A stretch of DNA of 62,901 nucleotides, counting the filler, from Salisapilia sapeloensis CBS 127946 (Eukaryota; Protista; Oomycota): the NCBI GenBank assembly GCA_023334545.1. It is 17 parts of 17 records of this genome, joined end to end, with 100 filler letters (N's around TTAATTAATTAA, not from the genome) between each part and the next. Parts side by side here need not be neighbours in the genome. Positions count along the whole stretch, not along the records: positions 52,909 to 55,823 come from JAADVB010000818.1; positions 55,924 to 57,216 come from JAADVB010001210.1; positions 57,317 to 59,422 come from JAADVB010000957.1; positions 59,523 to 61,471 come from JAADVB010000998.1; positions 61,572 to 62,901 come from JAADVB010001197.1; 12 more parts are not named here. One strand, 5' to 3'. The notes below the pieces were generated by a model, which was not told the origin of the DNA, searched no databases, and saw only the letters and a list, made by a program, of their open reading frames with translations. The position numbers and the translations under genes are program-made. Position 1 is the stretch's first letter, and each line of letters starts with the position of its first letter. Positions 55,823 through 62,901 of the stretch are shown piece by piece.

Positions 55823-55923
55823 ANNNNNNNNNNNNNNNNNNNNNNNNNNNNNNNNNNNNNNNNNNNNTTAATTAATTAANNNNNNNNNNNNNNNNNNNNN
55901 NNNNNNNNNNNNNNNNNNNNNNN

Positions 55924-57216
55924 TTACACCGCAAAAGAAGCTGTTTGTATAATGGAATGGACTTTCGAGGCCCTCGACAGCCTCATAAAAATAAACTGAC
56001 TTTAGGGTGCGACAAGTAAATCGTTCACTTATTTTACATACTTTAGTCAAGACAAAAATTTGGAATGAAAATGCGATAGCGTTTAGTATGGAATGCTTTG
56101 ATCGTTCTCATCGACCACTTGCAAGCATTTTTTGGGCATCGAATTAACCAAGTTACCTAGAGTCGTGACCAAAATAGATCTCCAAGCTATTAATAAAGCT
56201 TCTTTTAATTCCTTGATAGAATTATACTGCGTTCCGTTTGCGCATGCAACTCTGAACAAAATAGACCAAAGATTTTCGATAGGATTAAGATCCGGTGTTC
56301 TTGCATCCCACTCTAGAACGGTTACTTGCTGCCCATTAAAGTATTTTGTAGTTGATTTGGCTGTGTGTCTTATTGGGAGACGTAGTCGAGTCCATAATAT
56401 AAATGTCCAAATGGCAATAGAAATTCAGACAAAGGATCAATGTAATGACTCGCAGTCTGCTTTCCTTTCATTATAACAAGTTCGGACGTTCCATAGGCAC
56501 GCATTGCACCCCATACCACCACCTCTCCACCTCCATTTTGGCGCCGCATTTTTTGGGGGTGGATGACAAAGGTCGCGCCAGTAATTGGCGAAGCTGCCAG
56601 AGCCGTCGAAGTTCCATTTTTTCGTCCGAGTAAATGTTGGCATCCTATTTTTTATTGTTTTTCATGCTCACTAATATTTCCCTTGCCCATGTCTCTCGCT
56701 CTTGTTTGTGGTCGTCTGAAGGTAGCAGTGTTTTTTGCATTTTAATGTAGCGTAGCCAATCCACATTAGCAAGAACGCGCTGAATAGTGGGGACAGAGAC
56801 ACGTAAATTCAAGTGACTTTTTAATTGAGCCGCAGAGAAATGTCCTTTGCTTACTATTCGAAGAAGATGTCGAAATTTCTTTTCATTTAATACTAGAGCA
56901 GGTCCTTTTGACGCATATTCTGTGTTCATTTTTCCGTTTATAGTCCTTCTAACGGTACCGGTACTTCGACCGGCAATGGTCGCCACCTTACAAATACTTG
57001 AACCGCTGTGAAACAGCCCAAAGATCTCTCCACGTTCAAAGTCATCCACGTGAGGTGCCGCTTTGCCCCCTCTTGTCCAAATTTTTGTCTTGACTAAAGT
57101 ATGTAAAATAAGTGAACGATTTACTTGTCGCACCCTAAAGTCAGTTTATTTTTATGAGGCTGTCGAGGGCCTCGAAAGTCCATTCCATTATACAAACAGC
57201 TTCTTTTGCGGTGTAA
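55924..57216 (-). mobile_element. Decayed Tc1/mariner DNA transposon with TIRs of at least 141 bp
   Basis: TIRs at 55924-56064 and 57076-57216. Transposase remnants: HTH, *DANIYSDEK, GEVVVWGAM, Q*D and PDLNPIENLW...NSMPKK, ending at 56083, broken by stops and frameshifts. Confidence 0.92.
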
Positions 57217-57316
57217 NNNNNNNNNNNNNNNNNNNNNNNNNNNNNNNNNNNNNNNNNNNNTTAATTAATTAANNNNNNNNNNNNNNNNNNNNNNNNNNNN
57301 NNNNNNNNNNNNNNNN

Positions 57317-58873
57317 ATGGATCGATACTTGGTAGAACATCTATCGCATTATACGATGAAGAATAGAATGGACTGACCAGTTAGCGAAATTGGAAAGACT
57401 AGACAACTACCAAAATATGCCATTCAAAAGTATGATGGTAAAAGTGTGAAGATACAATGGAAGGAACACCGTATACCTATCAGTGGAAAAAAGGCTTATA
57501 CAAGAAACTGGCACCGACTAACATGGTACAACAATCCCTTAATACTCAATCCAAATGGAAGAAGTATCAAACAAAAGGATTACTTGGAGTTAAGGCCATG
57601 CACATTGGGAGAGCTGAATATAAGGAAAATGGGGAACCAAATGTATATACTGCAAGTCCCCCATCACGAGCCACACAACAGTATCAGGACACGAAAGCTG
57701 GGCAAATTGGCAGCGACAATAATAAGCCAAATGCCAGAAGATCTGATGGATCAAACGGGAGAAAGAAACCAATGGAGCACTAGTGAACTATGGAAACTCC
57801 CTCGTCCAGAATGGGCAGGTATGATGTGGAAACAACCAGAGTCGGGAAGCATGCAAGGATATGATCACAAGAGACCATCGTGTCAAGTCAAGGTTCAGTT
57901 ACGCTGGAACCCAGAGAAAGGAAAATGGATACAGGAAGTGGGTGGGAAACCGAGAAGATATGATGTGAAAATGGATTCAGGGCTGCAACAAATACTGGGA
58001 TTACCAGCACTCAAACGAAGCAAAGGAAGAGAAAAAGAACCATATAGATTCGAGCTATATGCCTTTCATCATGAAAAACAGTACAAAGCCCATGAAGCAC
58101 TGGTGAACAGGAAAAATGAAAAAGCAGAACGAATACCCATATTAAAGGAATTACGAAAGCAGGAGGCCAAAGACGTGTGGAATGTTCCAGTAGGGATAAC
58201 CACCTGCCAACAGTGGTTCTGGTTCAGAATATCTCATCATATTCTAAACCTACTTACAGCAATGAAGACTCTGTCAGTATGACACCTGTCAGGAACAACA
58301 AGAATCACACATGCACTTATTCTGGACATGCAGAGTAATACGACCAGTGTGGATACACTGGTGCAGAATATGGGAATTCAACACGGAACAAATTGAAACG
58401 GATCCACAGATACTAAGATACGTCTGGCAACGAACGAAACCTCCTCCTCCAACAGGCCTGGTCAACAAGGTAAAAAGGTATGCAGGATTCCTGACTCAAA
58501 AGCATTTCCAAGCGTTAGTGCACGTATGGAAAGCCGGATGTACCATAGTAGCGGCGCAAAGTTGGTTACATAGGAATGACCGAATATACCGAACACAGGA
58601 CTGGTGTGGAAGACGCGTAACAGAAATGATCTGGAAACGAGTCACGGCACAATTGGAAGCGACAGGATGTAGCACGCGATGGAACGGACAAGACATGCTA
58701 GCAGCAGCAAGCTATCGTGACGTAACTTAGGCAATACGACAAGAACCGTTTGCAGGTTTCAGGGAGGAAACAATGTAGCGAGTGGATGATCTAGCACCTA
58801 CTGTCGACTAGGCAGGAGAGTCCAAAACTTGGATTCCAAAGATAAATTTTAATAAAAATGAATCTTTGAAAAA
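57317..58873 (+). mobile_element. 3' end of an L1/Tx1-like non-LTR retrotransposon (frameshifted)
   Basis: W-rich ORF2 tail, then zf-RVT CQYDTC..ESHMHLFWTC..VW after a frameshift near 58265; AATAAA and A-rich 3' end near 58851-58873. Confidence 0.78.
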
Positions 58874-59522
58874 AGCTGCTTTACTGGGACGGTTACAGTG
58901 CGAATCGCAAATATCGCTTAATTATATCATCCACCACTGTACTCTGCCTATTCCGAAATAATAGCGAAGAGCTCAATAGCGCAAGTAAAGCGAAGAGCTC
59001 ACCAAGTCTTTCCCGCGCTTTTTCAAATGTGCGCATCTCGAGATCCAGGCGTGGCTTGAAGTCTTCTCGAAGATCGTTTCCTCACGATTGCATCAAATAA
59101 GAAGACAGAGATAGATCAAAAACAAGTAACACCACGCTCGTTGAGAGTACAATCAGGGATTATGCGAAGTAAAATATGCAATATGAGAACAAGCACCGTG
59201 CGAACTGTGATCGGCATTATGCCTCGATAGTCCCTCTTTTCCTAGTCGACGAAAGATATAAATTAAATTGAGAGGGTATATCGATTCAGATTTAATTCGC
59301 TCCGAGAATGTCATCTTTGTGTTGCAACTTTCACACAGCTTCTGCTACAAAGAGAGTGGTAATGGAAACCTCAACTTCAATAGTGAATGGGGCGTAAGAG
59401 GCAAGTTAGACCAAACGAAGAANNNNNNNNNNNNNNNNNNNNNNNNNNNNNNNNNNNNNNNNNNNNTTAATTAATTAANNNNNNNNNNNNNNNNNNNNNN
59501 NNNNNNNNNNNNNNNNNNNNNN

Positions 59523-61203
59523 GATACTTGGTGGCAAACAACCTTGGGCATTGAGAGCTCACTACGCACAATTGGTGGGTGGAACGAGGTGCTTTCATCG
59601 CTGCTGTAAGCTTTCAGGTAAGTGCACGTCTTCCAAGTTTCGTCATGGAGGGAAGAAGCCTCAGAAAATCGATTATACTTGCGCAGTACTTGAAAAGTGT
59701 GCTTGCAAGGGCTTCTATGATCGACGCCAAAGTTGCACGAGCAATGCGCTTCGTTTTCTGATATCAAGAGCGAAAACTCAACTGGTATCGCATCGGTAGA
59801 CGCGGGAGCCCGAACAACGAATATATTGTGCGAATAACCCGCGATCATACTCGAGCTGCTTTTATCCACAATCTTTTGCACACGCGAAGACGCCTTCCGC
59901 GTAAGCTCCTTCCATCTGGACGCTTTGAGCCCACTCTCTGCCCACTTGGATCCAATGTACCGTTCAAGAGTCATGAGACAATCGAGAACAGGTAGCTTGC
60001 GGATGCCACGCAAAGCACTATTAACCGCCTCTACGTCGTTGGAAGTGATGATTCCATACCTAGCGCAAAGACTGTAGCAGATGGACCACTTCTCTTTACC
60101 GGCAGTCATAAGCCAGTCATAGGCCTTCGAGCTCTTTGCTTCTAGTTCACTGGCATGATGGTTGAAGTCTTCCTGCGTTCGTGCTCTTGCTAGTAACCAA
60201 GATTTGTTTTTTAACTCCTTGGATTTGAATACCCTGTTAAAGTTTTCCATGAGATGTCGAAAGCAATAAAGTGAAATAAGCTCGATGAAACTTTTTCCAG
60301 CGCAGGTATGATTCCTTTATCTCTATCAGAGATAACAAATGCTGGTAAAACGTTCATCTTGCTAAACAAGAAGCGAAGAAAGAACGTCCAGTTATCCTTG
60401 TTCTCAATTGAAACAAGAGCTATGCCAACTATTTGGATTTCGCCATTACCATTTCGAAAGCACGCCACTAACAACGTTCCTCCAATGGCTGTTTTCATGA
60501 ATGTTCCGTCAATGCTAAGTCCACGGACAGCATAAGGCTCAAAAGCCACTAGACTTTCTTGATAAACGACTCAAAGTCGTTCAAACTTTCCATCCTTCGT
60601 ATCAATAGTAGCGCTATGTCCATGAACTTGGAGTAGCTCCACGTACTTCGGCAAGCAAGCATACTGCGATTCAGTATCCTTCATAAAATACTGCTTGAGT
60701 CTTTCAATGGCGTTGACACAATTCTGATACGAAACCGTAGCTCCGGTTGTTTCGATGTGCCTCTTTAGCATGACGAGGGTCACGTTTCCGTTACTGTCGT
60801 AATAAAAGCGACGAACTGAGTCATTCTGAGCAAGCTGTTTGGCTGTCCACTTGCGGTTGAACGTACGTGCAGTACCCTCTAAGTCAATGTCCGTCAAACA
60901 AGAATGTGCTCTAAACTTCGTAGGAGGCTTGAACGTGCTCGAGAATGCGAATTGAACCACAAAGTGTCAGTCTTTATGGATGCACACGGCCTTATATGAC
61001 CGCTTAGAACTTCTTGCAACATGATAGGGTCGCTTCACCTCGTCATTGTAGTCGACAACAGCTTGGACAATGTCGTCCTTCTTGGCATACGTCCGTTGTT
61101 CAAAGAATGGCATGTCCCTTAGTTGACGCGAAGTAGCTTCCTGGGTGTAACTTGAATAATGAAACGAGGTATCTCCGTTTAGCTTAGACTTTAATGATCT
61201 CAC
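59523..61203 (-). mobile_element. MULE (Mutator-like) transposase pseudogene
   Basis: MuDR-like N-terminus, LSIDGTFMK and VISDRDKGI (DDE core), SWIM finger CSC..PCKH. In-frame TGA at 60967 and 60571, frameshift near 60270. Confidence 0.9.
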
Positions 61204-61571
61204 ACGTGGCGATCTATTGTGCTAGCAAATGAATGGAGACTCTTTTAACACGTCATGTGTATTGGTGACGGAATCCATCTGTGTTAAAACATTGATGGAT
61301 ATCTTCCAATGCAATGCTTATTTCAAGTCATATCACTACGCCTCACGACTTAACAATCGCTGATAGATCTGGGTGATCAAGTGGCTCTACACGATACTCA
61401 TCGCATACTGCTAATTGACCCCAAACTTTACCAGAAATAGTTGATAATTCCTTGATAATTTCGTATTTTTANNNNNNNNNNNNNNNNNNNNNNNNNNNNN
61501 NNNNNNNNNNNNNNNTTAATTAATTAANNNNNNNNNNNNNNNNNNNNNNNNNNNNNNNNNNNNNNNNNNNN

Positions 61572-62900
61572 AGCCAACCCGGAGGAACATTCGTCCATTC
61601 CCTTTCGCTCAATCTTGTCATCTGAGAAACGGTCCAACGAGTACGGGAAGACGGTCTCACCTCCGACCTTCGTCTCATTGTTCAAATACAAGAACAAAGT
61701 CACATATCGTTGCGGATGGAAGTGTTTGACGTACTTTGGCAGTTTGTACCTCAATTCTTCATGCCCGACACGAGCTTCCCACGACTTAATCGCCAGCTCC
61801 GCAAGACTCGGATAGACCTTCATAGCTTCCCACAAGGCCCACTGTCTAGCCCGATTCGTCACGAGCCAATCGTACCAGTCTTCCGTCATCACTCGCGATA
61901 AAATATCTTTCGAGTAGTCATCCAAGACCAGGTTCAAGAGCTTCGTCTGGAACTTGTGCGTGAACTTTGGATACAACTTGCCTGTCGTACGCACTTCCTC
62001 GGGAACTTGATCACCCAAGTAGTTCACTCGCTCCTTTGCCCATCGAGTCCAAGTAAAGAACTGCGAGACACCATTCGGACGTTTCTTAGGGAACGTGTAA
62101 AAGAGCTCTGGCATGTGCAACTTCCGCTCCCATGCCTTAACAATGTAAGGAAGGTAGTGAGGCATCTTGTCATCCTTTAGCAAGACGTCCAGGATGCCAG
62201 ACGCATTCTTTGCCAGATTCTTATGCAGCCATTGTTCCCACTCTGTATTCTGATGCGCGATGAACCAGTTGCTGGCGTTTGCGTCGTCATGGAATACTTG
62301 TAGAAGTGCGTTGGGGAAGTAGGTGGTCGAGTCTGGATCTGGATGAAGCGCTTGGCCTTCCTTGAATTCCTCTGGGACTCGGGTCTGGTCCTGCTTTTGT
62401 AGCGTCTCGTGGGCCCACGCAGCCCACGTCCGGTAGTCGTCCAAATTATATTCGTTGAATTTCTTCGGGATAAAGTCACGAGAGTGAAACGTGTCCAAGT
62501 GCTTTCGGTAGAACTCTCCAGCTTCGTACCTGACGAGTTGAGCACGCTCGGCGTGGACTGGAAGTGGGAGACGAGCTAAAGACGCAGAGCGTCTTCTAAA
62601 GTCACGTGTGAAATGGCTGTCTGGGAGAAAGGCCGTGTGGCTCGTGCGTGACTTGGACGTTACTTTGGAACTGTTTGCACTGTCCACTCTCGATCGGTTT
62701 AGTGTCGGCAACCCTATGTCAATGATTTTGTCGGCATCTTCTTGGGTAAGGAAGAACTCCACATCAAAGACCTTTGGACGCATGCCCACTGTCGTCATGA
62801 TCACGCCGTCCTCCAAATGGTACTTGTAACCCTTCTCGATGCCAGGCCACTGCCACAACTGGAAGTCTAATAGGATATGCACCAAACGCTTTGACGATAC
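61572..62900 (-). CDS. Prolyl-4-hydroxylase-like 2OG-Fe(II) dioxygenase with a large insertion (partial at both ends)
   Basis: FFLTQEDAD, SRTSHTAFL, QLVRYEAGEFYRKHLD, RYVTLFLYLN and GGETVFP motifs. Confidence 0.88.
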
Positions 62901-62901
62901 C

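Noticed and set aside
1-57216. 141-bp terminal inverted repeats as ends of linear viruses, Polintons or plasmids
   Set aside because: The same length on four unrelated contigs matches an assembly k-mer, the contents are ordinary host genes or a Tc1, and there are no viral hallmark genes.
55868-57272. ORFs 55868-56050 and 57063-57272, and other X-containing ORF ends
   Set aside because: They run into the N-spacer and derive from TIR sequence; artefacts.
60571-60969. Two in-frame TGA codons in the MULE transposase as stop-codon reassignment
   Set aside because: TGA terminates intact genes in this window (e.g. 14785, 6423), and the element also has a frameshift; it is a pseudogene.
7286-61571. 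Periodic TTAATTAATTAA motif as a biological repeat, CRISPR or PacI-site array
   Set aside because: Always centred in an exact 100-nt N-padded block; it is an artificial six-frame-stop linker.

Overview
This window is not one locus. It is 17 short contigs joined by 16 artificial 100-nt spacers (44 N + TTAATTAATTAA + 44 N), so gene neighbourhoods only hold within a contig. The DNA is eukaryotic and most likely from a compact, flagellated oomycete. Evidence for that: GT-AG introns mostly 49-67 nt, oomycete INR+FPR core promoters, PAN/Apple-domain secreted proteins, a GH6 cellulase and a CFAP97/Hemingway flagellar gene. Supported content is about 30 protein-coding genes (several rebuilt here by manual splicing), 4 tRNAs (2 Ile-AAT, 2 Asn-GTT), and decayed Tc1/mariner, L1-like LINE and MULE elements. 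There is no rRNA and no CRISPR array. Four contigs end in perfect inverted repeats of exactly 141 bp, which I infer is the final assembly k-mer (MEGAHIT default k=141). In three of them the arms are inward-pointing copies of the same gene, i.e. palindromic gene pairs. In contig 1 the two DUF2817 peptidase genes are identical up to one base and strongly diverged after it, a geometry in which inverting the 7-kb spacer would swap their C-terminal halves. Other notable items: a tandem-WW / mRNA cap N7-methyltransferase fusion, a CUE-PX-VPS9 protein, a prolyl-4-hydroxylase with a duplicated ~125-aa insert, a 119-aa tandem-repeat protein, and a Nudix hydrolase with a long N-terminal extension. All family assignments come from motif recognition by eye; no database search was run.
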